Shown piece by piece: positions 49,560-58,187 of a DNA stretch of 64,000 bases (position 1 is the first letter of the stretch; each line of letters begins with the position of its first letter). Origin of the DNA: an uncultured virus (IMG/VR IMGVR_UViG_2724679451_000017) (Duplodnaviria; Heunggongvirae; Uroviricota; Caudoviricetes); IMG/VR virus record IMGVR_UViG_2724679451_000017, one strand, 5' to 3'. The translations under genes and the position numbers were made by a program. The notes below the pieces were generated by a model, which did not search any database, was not told the origin of the DNA, and saw nothing but the letters and a program-made list of their open reading frames with translations.

Positions 49560-49787
49560 TCAAATCTTTTGATCAAACTCAATCAATTCCAATAGCTTGT
49601 CATGCTGTTTATCTTCAATGGTTGCATCAAAGATGTATCCACTTTTAAGTGAGATAAAAACGTCATAAAAGCTTTCACTAACCATGCCGCCTCTATGTTC
49701 ACTTTGGGAGACTTGCAAACAATCCATTTGAGATAAGTCAATTAATTGAGAGCAACCACGCTTTCGACAAAAAATACTTAAACGCAT
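49560..49787 (-). CDS. Hypothetical protein (75 aa)
   Basis: GGGGTG SD; follows the Tad1-like gene. Confidence 0.65.
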   Translation of the reverse strand: MRLSIFCRKRGCSQLIDLSQMDCLQVSQSEHRGGMVSESFYDVFISLKSGYIFDATIEDKQHDKLLELIEFDQKI

Positions 49788-49798
49788 ACATCACCCCA

Positions 49799-50257
49799 TT
49801 ACTTAACAAGTGTGCCTTCAACACCACGAGCACGGCGTTCAGCTGTACGCTTATTAAATTCTTCTAGCGCACTTTCCATATAAATAATGGCTTGTTTGTT
49901 GAACTCACTCGGAAATTTTTCATCCAAGGTTTTAGTACGGTGAATAAGTACTTTTAACAATGCTTCACTGGTAACCCCATTCACACCATGTTCTGGAATT
50001 GGGCCATCCTGAAAATGAATACTGATTTCAAAATCTTTTGCATTTTGGTTTTCAGGATTTGCTGAAATCTTATAGTAATGGCCCTGAGCATATTCCGTGA
50101 TGCCTTCAACCACTTCCCCTTTAATAACTTTATCAATTTCTTGTGGTTCTAATTCATGGCTTGCATATCCTAAGAAATGATCAATTAATAAGTTTTCTCC
50201 CTGACCATTGATAGGTTCTGCGATTCCTACTAAAACATTGTCTTGAGCTTGTTGCAT
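49799..50257 (-). CDS. Tad1-like anti-defence nucleotide sponge
   Basis: 'IHFQDGPIPEHGVNGVTSEALL..R..NKQAI..E.A..KRT..R..RGVEGT' matches the Thoeris anti-defence 1 pattern. Confidence 0.8.
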   Translation of the reverse strand: MQQAQDNVLVGIAEPINGQGENLLIDHFLGYASHELEPQEIDKVIKGEVVEGITEYAQGHYYKISANPENQNAKDFEISIHFQDGPIPEHGVNGVTSEALLKVLIHRTKTLDEKFPSEFNKQAIIYMESALEEFNKRTAERRARGVEGTLVK

Positions 50258-50288
50258 ATAAAAAAGTCCTGAACTAATGAACAGGACT

Positions 50289-50329
50289 ATGAAATCATTT
50301 TGTATTTGAGCGCTAACTCAACAGTTCCA
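50289..50329 (-). promoter_or_regulatory. Putative late promoter (Tad1-like gene)
   Basis: TGGAAC-N29-TTTCAT (lacks the A at position 2), 67 nt before ATG. Confidence 0.6.
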
Positions 50330-50335
50330 ATTGAA

Positions 50336-50950
50336 TTAAAGGAAGTTATAGACTGCATAAGGCTTAGCTGCTATTGCCGCTGCAAAGCTTGTAGTGCCTA
50401 AATCTCTATCAAACGCCATTGAGTGAACTTTAACGACAATATTTGCTGGTACTAAACGCCGTAATATCGGTGACAGCTCTACCACTTCATTTGCATCAAC
50501 TGTTTTATCTAAAACAATCCTAATCCGACTTGTTAAGAAGTAATTTGGCTTTTCAAAATCAGACAAATAGGCTGGATATTCTTTTAGCTTTTCCAAGCTG
50601 TGCCATAGCCGGATAATCTGAAAATGATCTTTCCCCCACAACATTCGTAAAACAAACTCTAAAAACGCTAATCCTCTTTTATTACCCATGCTGCTCCAAT
50701 TGGCATAGATAATTCGCATTAACGTGTCAGAGGTGTTATTTCGGCGTAATACAACAAGTCCGTTTTGTTTAGAGAACCGTTCTACAACTGTTTTACTACC
50801 GATATGAGGACAACCGTAATCCAATAAATCTTGAATGGACTGCTCAAAGTTTTGTGCAAATACTTGTTTAAATGCTTTAGCAAGTGCGGTTTGCAAGCCC
50901 GTACTCACATAGTGTTCATCGATAGGCCGAGTAAAGCTTATAGGGTCCAT
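50336..50950 (-). CDS. Baseplate wedge protein (P2 gpI-like)
   Basis: Follows the J-like gene; 'KRGLAFLEFVL', 'LRRLVPANI'. Confidence 0.65.
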   Translation of the reverse strand: MDPISFTRPIDEHYVSTGLQTALAKAFKQVFAQNFEQSIQDLLDYGCPHIGSKTVVERFSKQNGLVVLRRNNTSDTLMRIIYANWSSMGNKRGLAFLEFVLRMLWGKDHFQIIRLWHSLEKLKEYPAYLSDFEKPNYFLTSRIRIVLDKTVDANEVVELSPILRRLVPANIVVKVHSMAFDRDLGTTSFAAAIAAKPYAVYNFL

Positions 50951-52383
50951 GTAGCCCCCGAAATATCAGCGGTGCGTTCCAACTCAACAGTAATGCTGTC
51001 TTTTGTCACATACACCCACTCATTAGGCTTATTCAACTCATTTGAAAGCATAATGGTAAAGTCACTCATCCGGTCTTGGAAAGCCACAATATTGTCATTA
51101 ATCAGCTTCCCCATTTCTTGCGTATTAAAGCCATTAACCAGCCAACGACTTGAGCTCAATGATTCACGCCCGTATCGTTCTACAAGTAATTCTTTGATCT
51201 GTGTCTTAACCATATCTGTGTTATGTACAGAAGCCAAAGAGCCTTTAATTTTTACTTCAATTGGCTTTTCTACAACTTCATGTACATTCACTTTACCTTC
51301 ATACAAGTTATCGCAATAACCAATATACCGACAGATATCTTGTTCTAACGTTGCTTGTTCAGCTGGGTTCTTGGCAACCACCACAAGGTTTAAATGATTA
51401 ATGTCGCGGTATGTAATGGCAAAGTGTTGCTCTTGCAAAGTTTCATTCCAAACAGAAATAAACTGTGCCCGTTTCATGAATTTTTTACGGACCGCATAGT
51501 CAAAGTTGCCCAGAAATACAGCATCTTCATCGTAAAGCGATGGATAGCTTGATAATAAACGTAATTCAGATACAGCTAACGGATCTACGCCCTCTCTAAT
51601 CACTCCACCAGCTTTAAAACGCACTGATATGCGTTGTTCATCATTAGAAAGTACGTCAAGTAAAGCAGCATCTTTTAAACGATTGACATCAACTTCCCCG
51701 TATGTCTCAAGAATTCCAATTATTACCGTTTCATTGGCTTGCAGAGTACGACCAGCTCTCTCAGAATCGCCAAACTCAATAAACAATCTTCTTAGATTAT
51801 CTGTAGTAACTGTTACAGCATATTCACCTGGTTCAACATTCATCCAGCGCGGCTTAATTACATAGTTATTATTGCCCTGCTTAATCGAAATATTTGCAAG
51901 TGAAAGGTCCTCTAAAAGGTCTATTCGATATTTATGGAACCCTTCAGTAACTGGTACTACATATTTAATTTCACGGTATTCACTTTGTTCGGCTATTACT
52001 TCCGCCGTCTCACCAGCTTTAACAGTAATGGATTGAAGCAACCGCCACACTCTACCGCCGCTATGGTCCTCAATCATTCGCCCTTGACTTAAGCTCACAG
52101 CATTTGTTGACCGGTTAATGATTTCAATTAAGTGCTGACACGGCGTACCTATAGGCAAAATGCCTTTATTTGTAGCATCCGCAATAATTGAGCGGTCACG
52201 TGTTTTGGTAAATGGTTCAATTGAAGCAATATCGATTTCTGGACCAAATGCAGTCAAAAAACTAGCCATAGAACGCAGCTGGTGAACGACAAGTGGATCT
52301 TGAGCTTTATAGCGTTCCTGAATCTCATAATCATCTATCGCTGCTTGGAGCTGGGCTTCAAAATCAGCTTGCGTTAATGTCAT
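50938..52383 (-). CDS. Baseplate wedge protein (J-like / P1 BplA-like)
   Basis: 'FTKTRDRSII', 'IEFGDSERAG', 'GVDPLAVSELR'. Confidence 0.7.
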   Translation of the reverse strand: MTLTQADFEAQLQAAIDDYEIQERYKAQDPLVVHQLRSMASFLTAFGPEIDIASIEPFTKTRDRSIIADATNKGILPIGTPCQHLIEIINRSTNAVSLSQGRMIEDHSGGRVWRLLQSITVKAGETAEVIAEQSEYREIKYVVPVTEGFHKYRIDLLEDLSLANISIKQGNNNYVIKPRWMNVEPGEYAVTVTTDNLRRLFIEFGDSERAGRTLQANETVIIGILETYGEVDVNRLKDAALLDVLSNDEQRISVRFKAGGVIREGVDPLAVSELRLLSSYPSLYDEDAVFLGNFDYAVRKKFMKRAQFISVWNETLQEQHFAITYRDINHLNLVVVAKNPAEQATLEQDICRYIGYCDNLYEGKVNVHEVVEKPIEVKIKGSLASVHNTDMVKTQIKELLVERYGRESLSSSRWLVNGFNTQEMGKLINDNIVAFQDRMSDFTIMLSNELNKPNEWVYVTKDSITVELERTADISGATWTL

Positions 52384-52702
52384 ATGTCTCACCTGTTACT
52401 GATTTACCCAATCGGTCTGCTACTTGGTTAAGATCTATATTCACATTCATGATGCTTAAATGAATATGAACCGTCTCAAATCCTTCGGTTTGTGAATACA
52501 GGGCTAATTGGTCAGAGTTAAGCTCAGATAATATTGGTAGATCCTTTTTCATCTTAATAAGAAAACTATCTGCCACCCTCGAGTCTAAAGGTGCCATTAG
52601 CAAATCATAAAGAGGTGCACCAAAATCAGAACCATACTTCCCATTGACCGGATGATTAAGCCAGTACTCAACCATGTCTAAAATTGTTTTAGATGTGATC
52701 AT
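52364..52702 (-). CDS. Baseplate gp25/W-like protein
   Basis: 'YGSDFGAPLYDLLMAP'. Confidence 0.65.
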   Translation of the reverse strand: MITSKTILDMVEYWLNHPVNGKYGSDFGAPLYDLLMAPLDSRVADSFLIKMKKDLPILSELNSDQLALYSQTEGFETVHIHLSIMNVNIDLNQVADRLGKSVTGETYDINAS

Positions 52703-53058
52703 TAAGAAGTTGCTCTATTACTGAAAATCATCAAAAGCTTTACTAGTATTGCAGTGCCGATCTGGTAAGTTGAAAAAATGGTGAAATAGATTATGAATAT
52801 CCATAATGAAACGCTTAATGCATCAAAATATGAAGCAACGTTATAGATTCGCCAATCAACAAGAATAATAGTGATCAATACACATGCCATACTTATGAAA
52901 TACATATATCTGATTTCTTTAAATAAGAGGCTTATAGGCACATGACGGAATTGTTTAATATACGCAGCTTTATTCTTGCTATTCCATCCTGTAACAACGG
53001 AAAGATAAGCTAAAAATGCAAGAATTAAGACAATATCAATACCGATTTGAATTTGCAT
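52702..53058 (-). CDS. Small integral membrane protein
   Basis: Three hydrophobic segments; start moved to 53058 because the promoter lies at 53088-53128. Confidence 0.65.
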   Translation of the reverse strand: MQIQIGIDIVLILAFLAYLSVVTGWNSKNKAAYIKQFRHVPISLLFKEIRYMYFISMACVLITIILVDWRIYNVASYFDALSVSLWIFIIYFTIFSTYQIGTAILVKLLMIFSNRATS

Positions 53059-53087
53059 AAAAAACACCCTTAATACAGTTCTTATTA

Positions 53088-53128
53088 AGGGTATTGCTTT
53101 TGTATATATGTAAGCGTGAATGGTTCCA
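53088..53128 (-). promoter_or_regulatory. Putative late promoter
   Basis: TGGAAC-N29-TACCCT. Confidence 0.75.
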
Positions 53129-53257
53129 TATTTGAAAATAGGAAAAGCATGGATTATTATATATACAAAGCCCGCTCCACTTATGACACGAGAACGTATA
53201 GGGTCATAAGTGTAGGTTAGAAGATGTCGCAACCCATCTCTAACTACCGGGCTTTTT

Positions 53258-54199
53258 TTAATGCACTTCAAAAGCTGTAAGCAGCCATGCATTACTACCT
53301 TCTCGCTTAATCAATGACGCTTCATGCGAATTAAATACAATATTTATTCTTGTAGATAATCCACGTTCTGTACGCCGTTGTGTACTACCTTGAGCGATTG
53401 TTTGCACAATAGTATCCACAAGCATATGCACAACTTCATCATATGTCATGCCATCACTTTCCATACGGCGCTTGATAATATGCTTAATGCCCTGTTTATC
53501 ACTGCCATACTCAAAATCCACCCAGCCTAGATCATTACGATACATAGCTCTATGCACTGTGGTTTTTTCCATAATGGCTTTGTTCATTGCAGCTTTACCA
53601 CGTGTGATATTTGCTGTAACTGATTTGATTGGACTCGCACTATCAAATTCAGGCTTTCCCAGTTCGGATTGACCAGCCTCCGAACTTATACCAAGTTGTT
53701 GCTTAGCATGTTCAATTTGTTCCTTCAGTTGGTCACGCTGAGCGGTTTGTTTTGCTAAATCTTCATCTAGCTTTTGTTCTTGTTCTTGTACTTCTTTAAT
53801 TTTCTGATCTACAGAAGTACGGCGCGGCGGCAAACTGACTTTATCCCGTTTATTTTGTTCTTGAATCTTTGATTGTGCTTCACGGATAAGTTTAGCTACA
53901 CAACTCACGGCGTTTTCAAATGTTGGCTTATAGTCATCACTAAAATCGCCTGATAACACAATTACTTTGTCGTTCAGTTCGGCCTTGACCACATCTGCTA
54001 AAGCTCGAACATAAAGTGTGAGCGTAGCGCCACCTGAAAAGAAAAATGCAACTGGTAAAACGCTAACACCAGCAACACGCTTAATTTTGCGAAATTCTGG
54101 TGTAACAATCGTTTGGCCTGTTGCTTTTTCTAATGCCGATTGAATCTTTTTAATGTATGGAGTGGAAGCTGTAACAGCTGCAAGATTAAGACTGCCCAT
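53258..54199 (-). CDS. Hdf/DarA-N-like protein with C-terminal BECR (PBECR)-like domain
   Basis: 'KIKRVAGVSVLPVAFFFSGG..DVVKAELNDK', coiled coil, then 'LGWVDFEYG..GIKHIIKRR..WLLTAFE'. Confidence 0.65.
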   Translation of the reverse strand: MGSLNLAAVTASTPYIKKIQSALEKATGQTIVTPEFRKIKRVAGVSVLPVAFFFSGGATLTLYVRALADVVKAELNDKVIVLSGDFSDDYKPTFENAVSCVAKLIREAQSKIQEQNKRDKVSLPPRRTSVDQKIKEVQEQEQKLDEDLAKQTAQRDQLKEQIEHAKQQLGISSEAGQSELGKPEFDSASPIKSVTANITRGKAAMNKAIMEKTTVHRAMYRNDLGWVDFEYGSDKQGIKHIIKRRMESDGMTYDEVVHMLVDTIVQTIAQGSTQRRTERGLSTRINIVFNSHEASLIKREGSNAWLLTAFEVH

Positions 54200-54226
54200 G
54201 AAAAATAACCTCATATCAATGAGGCT

Positions 54227-54267
54227 ATTTTGATATTGCTAAAACCTAAATAATGATAAAGGTTCCA
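54227..54267 (-). promoter_or_regulatory. Putative late promoter
   Basis: TGGAAC-N29-CAAAAT. Confidence 0.75.
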
Positions 54268-54396
54268 TCCAAGTTTCAAAGCATTGCACTTAATTAAAAA
54301 TATACTACACATATCATCTAATTAAATGATACAACTGAATGATAGGCCACAAAGAATGGCTGAAACATCATTAATTTATTTACACGGAATTTTTAA

Positions 54397-54813
54397 ATGT
54401 ATTTTGTTTATGAAGGTCAAAAGATCACCCTTGACCCAAATAAGATTCAACAATTTGGCAATAACTTAGTTTATGCAGACACACTACTGTGCAATACAAA
54501 TGAATTAATTGTTAGTAAACATAATGGTCAAGAAATCTCAATTTCTACTAAAAAATTTACACCCTTTTTTAATGCTACTTTTCCTCAAATGAATGTTCAA
54601 ATCCAGTGGCTGAATATTCAAAAGACTGCTGAGTTAAACACGTTAATCGATATCGATAATTCTCTAGTTAATAACAAAAACGATAAGATTCCATTGACAC
54701 TAGCTCAACAGAAAGTTCTCAATGTAAAAAATCCAAAAACTTTTGATTCTCGCTATGAAAGAGAATTAATTATTAAAAATCTCTCTAGAGCAATTCAAGA
54801 TTTTGTGAAATGA
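54397..54813 (+). CDS. Moron, hypothetical protein
   Basis: Opposite-strand ORF with a bidirectional terminator at 54813-54840. Confidence 0.7.
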   Translation: MYFVYEGQKITLDPNKIQQFGNNLVYADTLLCNTNELIVSKHNGQEISISTKKFTPFFNATFPQMNVQIQWLNIQKTAELNTLIDIDNSLVNNKNDKIPLTLAQQKVLNVKNPKTFDSRYERELIIKNLSRAIQDFVK

Positions 54814-54884
54814 AAAAAGCCAGCTAATAGCTGGCTTTTTATTAGGGGAGTCCTATTTAGACATCTTTATATTTTGATAAGCCC

Positions 54885-55784
54885 TTATCGATTCACAGGT
54901 TCGAAAGGAAAGCGTTTTAAAACCTTCCCAAGTTCAAGCACCTCATCTTTATGAAGAAAATCCCACAATTGATTAAAGCGTTCACGCAATTGCACAACAT
55001 TAACTGGTGTGTGGTGTAGTGAATATTGCTGTACAGAAACTGCTCCGCTTTCTTGAATCGATATCCAAAAGTTTTTAGGTCCTTTTGGAGATTGATACTT
55101 TAGCTCCTCACCTAATTGCTGTGCAATGTCATAAGCAAGAGGGTTTTCTAATGCTGGATAACGAGCAGCGAGATTATCTACAAACTTTTCTAAACGTTTA
55201 AGTGTATCTGTTTCAGCTGGAACTAGCTCTTGTAACGGCAAGAGCTCAAGATACTGCTTCGCCTCATCAAAATGGATTGAAAGCAATTGGCTATATTTAG
55301 CAATTCCAAAGTGGCGATTATGACGAATCCACATTGAAGCTCTTAAGCTTCGATCCCTCCCTGCACGGCGATCAACTATCTCGTGCAGTGCATTTTGTTG
55401 TTCTGGAGAAATGGTTAAGCGTTGGTTTATTGCTTGCCCTTTAGTCCAGTATTCCCACAGCACATCGTCGCACTCTTGCTGGTACATGATCACAGTATCT
55501 CGAATTTCGGGATTAACCTTGTTTGGACTTATAGTCATTAACCATCCAAAAAGCTTACGAACAGGTAAACAAACCATATTGTACTGTTTACCATCTTTTC
55601 CAGTTGTCACTATTTCAGTGATAACTGAACTAAATCTTTGTTTTAACTTTTCATATTGTGATTGCCATGTGAGGCCCATTCCTTCAACAATTGGGCGCAT
55701 GGCAGTAAATGGCTGATTGTTGAATTCAATAATTACTAAATCAGCACTATGAAAAGGTACATTAATTTGTGTTAAAGTACGCAT
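54885..55784 (-). CDS. ant: Antirepressor (P22 Ant N-terminal domain)
   Basis: 'VPFHSADL..PFTAMRPIVEGMGLTWQSQYEKL..CLPVRKLFGWLMTISPNKV..YQQECDDVLWEYW'; GGAG SD before ATG 55784. Confidence 0.85.
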   Translation of the reverse strand: MRTLTQINVPFHSADLVIIEFNNQPFTAMRPIVEGMGLTWQSQYEKLKQRFSSVITEIVTTGKDGKQYNMVCLPVRKLFGWLMTISPNKVNPEIRDTVIMYQQECDDVLWEYWTKGQAINQRLTISPEQQNALHEIVDRRAGRDRSLRASMWIRHNRHFGIAKYSQLLSIHFDEAKQYLELLPLQELVPAETDTLKRLEKFVDNLAARYPALENPLAYDIAQQLGEELKYQSPKGPKNFWISIQESGAVSVQQYSLHHTPVNVVQLRERFNQLWDFLHKDEVLELGKVLKRFPFEPVNR

Positions 55785-55848
55785 GTTGTTGCTCCTATGC
55801 AATGACAGGCCTCGTTTTCTTTCCACGGACTGCGAGGCTTTTTTGTGG

Positions 55849-56793
55849 TTAAAAATTTACATATTGTTCTTCTGTTAGATTACTTAATAAATTAAAAAAA
55901 GTAGGTCGAGTTTCCTTAGTTAATTTCTGTCTAGGAAATTCACTTAATATTTTGACTGCTTCCACAGGATCTAACTGTGAAGTAAATGGAACTGATAATT
56001 GAATAAATGATGTTTTATCTGTTTCCAAAGCTGTATCCAGCACATCTTTTACTTCATTGTAGCGCGGCTTCCTTTGCGCGGTTAGGAAAAGTCCATCAAA
56101 AATAATATAAATCTCGTTTAATCCTGGTAATTGGACTTTCGCAATTGCTCCCATGAGGGGCAAATTAGTTTCAGGCCCGTCATCTCTACTAAACCCATCA
56201 GTAGGTGTACGATAAGTCGCAAATAAGATTACTTCTTGACAATTAGGTAGCTTCAAATAGTCGAGCAAATTAAGACAATTTCTCGTGGTATTACTTTCGT
56301 GATATCTGTGAGCAATTATTAAATCTTCATTATTGTAGAGCGAGGCAAGATAATTCGCATAGGGTAAATATCTTTGGCAAGATTTGGTTATGTAATCTGA
56401 TCTAGAGGAGAAAAGATTTGAGTTATGTACTTTATCTTTTAGAAAGTCATCAATTTTTCGTGTTAAAGATATGGGAATTGTAACGTTAATCTTTTCAGTC
56501 TTTTCCGCATAGATTGATGTATCAATTGTTATGACATGAAAAAAAACATCTTTATCACGTTTTTTAAATGTTACTGAATTAATTTCAGTCGGCTCAGGAA
56601 TATCAAGACCTTGGTCACTTAGAAAATCAAAATACTCAAGCGTCTTCTCATATACCTTCCTAATCACCTCGTCATAACTGGAACCAGTAGCATTAATATT
56701 CGGTTTATCAAAAAGTGCAGCCTCATAAATATCTTTTTTAAAGAAAGACTTAGATTCTGTAATCTTTACAGCAACTGTATAGTTTTTCACCAA
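55849..56793 (-). CDS. HicB-like antitoxin/RHH domain fused to an unknown C-terminal domain
   Basis: 'ATGSSYDEV..GLDIPEPT', 'KINVTIP..KIDD..SRSDYI'; no hicA nearby. Confidence 0.75.
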   Translation of the reverse strand: MVKNYTVAVKITESKSFFKKDIYEAALFDKPNINATGSSYDEVIRKVYEKTLEYFDFLSDQGLDIPEPTEINSVTFKKRDKDVFFHVITIDTSIYAEKTEKINVTIPISLTRKIDDFLKDKVHNSNLFSSRSDYITKSCQRYLPYANYLASLYNNEDLIIAHRYHESNTTRNCLNLLDYLKLPNCQEVILFATYRTPTDGFSRDDGPETNLPLMGAIAKVQLPGLNEIYIIFDGLFLTAQRKPRYNEVKDVLDTALETDKTSFIQLSVPFTSQLDPVEAVKILSEFPRQKLTKETRPTFFNLLSNLTEEQYVNF

Positions 56794-57004
56794 GAACTCC
56801 TTTTGAATGATATTTCAGATTTTTAGACACCTTTTTTAATAATAGTTCTAAAAAAAATATTGTCAACAAATTTAAAATCAAATAGTTATTAATAAAAATT
56901 CAACTTATTGAAATTATTAATTTTAAATTTATAACCCCAAGATTCCAAAATTAAAGATTTATAGAGTTACAACTCTATACTGTGATTTTATTTGCTTCAC
57001 TTAC

Positions 57005-57044
57005 GTTAAGTTAAGTTAAGTTAAGTTAAGTTAAGTTAAGTTAA
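57005..57044. repeat. Pentanucleotide tandem repeat (GTTAA)8
   Basis: Counted directly from the sequence. Confidence 0.95.
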
Positions 57045-57061
57045 GAATAGATCAAGTTATA

Positions 57062-57099
57062 TGAAAAAAAATGCCGTGATAACTATCACGGCGGTTTTT
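57062..57099. terminator. Rho-independent terminator
   Basis: A-run, GCCGTGATA-AC-TATCACGGC, T-run. Confidence 0.8.
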
Positions 57100-57118
57100 C
57101 TTGATCATATTGGAAAAA

Positions 57119-58174
57119 TCACAAACCCTTACATGGATTATTTAGAGGTGTCACAGTAGCAACACTACTTGCACTTCCACCCAATTGTTTATACTTGGCA
57201 AAGCTTTGATTTAGAGTTTTTTGCCCATACTCGATCCGTTGAGCAGCTGCATAACGCCTATCTAAACGAGTGACACCGCTAAAACTTTGTAACCTATCTT
57301 CTTCTTTTAAAACGTCTTGTGCAACTTTAATACTATTTCGTGCACTAACAACATTAGAGGATTCTATAAATAGCTTATAATTATTAGTACTTTTGCATAG
57401 ATTAATTTTTTGTCTATTTTCCCGCTTCTTAGCATCAATTAAACGGGCTTGTTCCTCCCTCTCCGCATCGGCTCGATCTCTTGCTTGTTTTGCTAAACGG
57501 ATTTCTTCTTCCCATTCCTCTTTTTCCCGTTCTTTAGCATTCTTTTTATTAATTGCTTCAATATATTCAGCCTCTCTTAACTCACTAACTTTATTTAAGT
57601 ACTTGTCATAAGCCATCATAAATTTTTCACCACAACTATTGGCAATAAAACGATGGCGCATTTGAAAAGTTTTTACTAGATTGTTTTTGCTATTTTCATC
57701 TAATTCAGGATTATTGATTCTAGCAATGTCAACTAAATCATAATAAATGTCCACATTTACATCTGAAGAACTATATATTCCTTGCTTATATATCAAATTA
57801 TTAAAAATTGAATCTGAATAGGCATCAGGATTTGGCGTTCCCTGTAAGGCTGCAATTTTATATTGTGTATCTAATATTACATTGCCAGTTGTCCTTTTAT
57901 AGAACTTACAACTTTGCTTAGAATCTAAACCATATTTTTCTCGTAAAAGAACATAAAGTTCGTCCATGCCACCATAAGACACTTCAGGGTTTGTACTTAA
58001 TAAATCACAACTAAAAATACAAAGTTCACTAACTACCTTTGTCGAATTAATATTTTCACTGTTGGTAGCAATTATTTGTTTATTCAGAATATCATTAACA
58101 CTTGTAGCAGCTTGAACATAACTTGAAAAAGCTGCCGTAACTAAGAAAGATAATTTTAATAATTTTAAAGTCAT
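57119..58174 (-). CDS. Secreted/periplasmic protein with coiled coil (moron)
   Basis: Sec signal peptide ending 'VQA|A'; several Cys; E/K/R-rich helix. Confidence 0.7.
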   Translation of the reverse strand: MTLKLLKLSFLVTAAFSSYVQAATSVNDILNKQIIATNSENINSTKVVSELCIFSCDLLSTNPEVSYGGMDELYVLLREKYGLDSKQSCKFYKRTTGNVILDTQYKIAALQGTPNPDAYSDSIFNNLIYKQGIYSSSDVNVDIYYDLVDIARINNPELDENSKNNLVKTFQMRHRFIANSCGEKFMMAYDKYLNKVSELREAEYIEAINKKNAKEREKEEWEEEIRLAKQARDRADAEREEQARLIDAKKRENRQKINLCKSTNNYKLFIESSNVVSARNSIKVAQDVLKEEDRLQSFSGVTRLDRRYAAAQRIEYGQKTLNQSFAKYKQLGGSASSVATVTPLNNPCKGL

Positions 58175-58187
58175 ATATATCCCAAAA

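Noticed and set aside
50831..51319. Antisense ORFs in the track (also 637-894, 38447-38821, 55411-55716, 59491-59865 and others)
   Set aside because: They lie opposite well-supported genes and have shadow-frame composition.
53059..53292. N-terminal extension of ORF 52702-53292
   Set aside because: It overlaps a terminator-like region and the late promoter at 53088-53128; ATG 53058 fits the regulon spacing.
57005..57044. CRISPR array
   Set aside because: Pure 5-bp tandem repeat without spacers; no cas genes.
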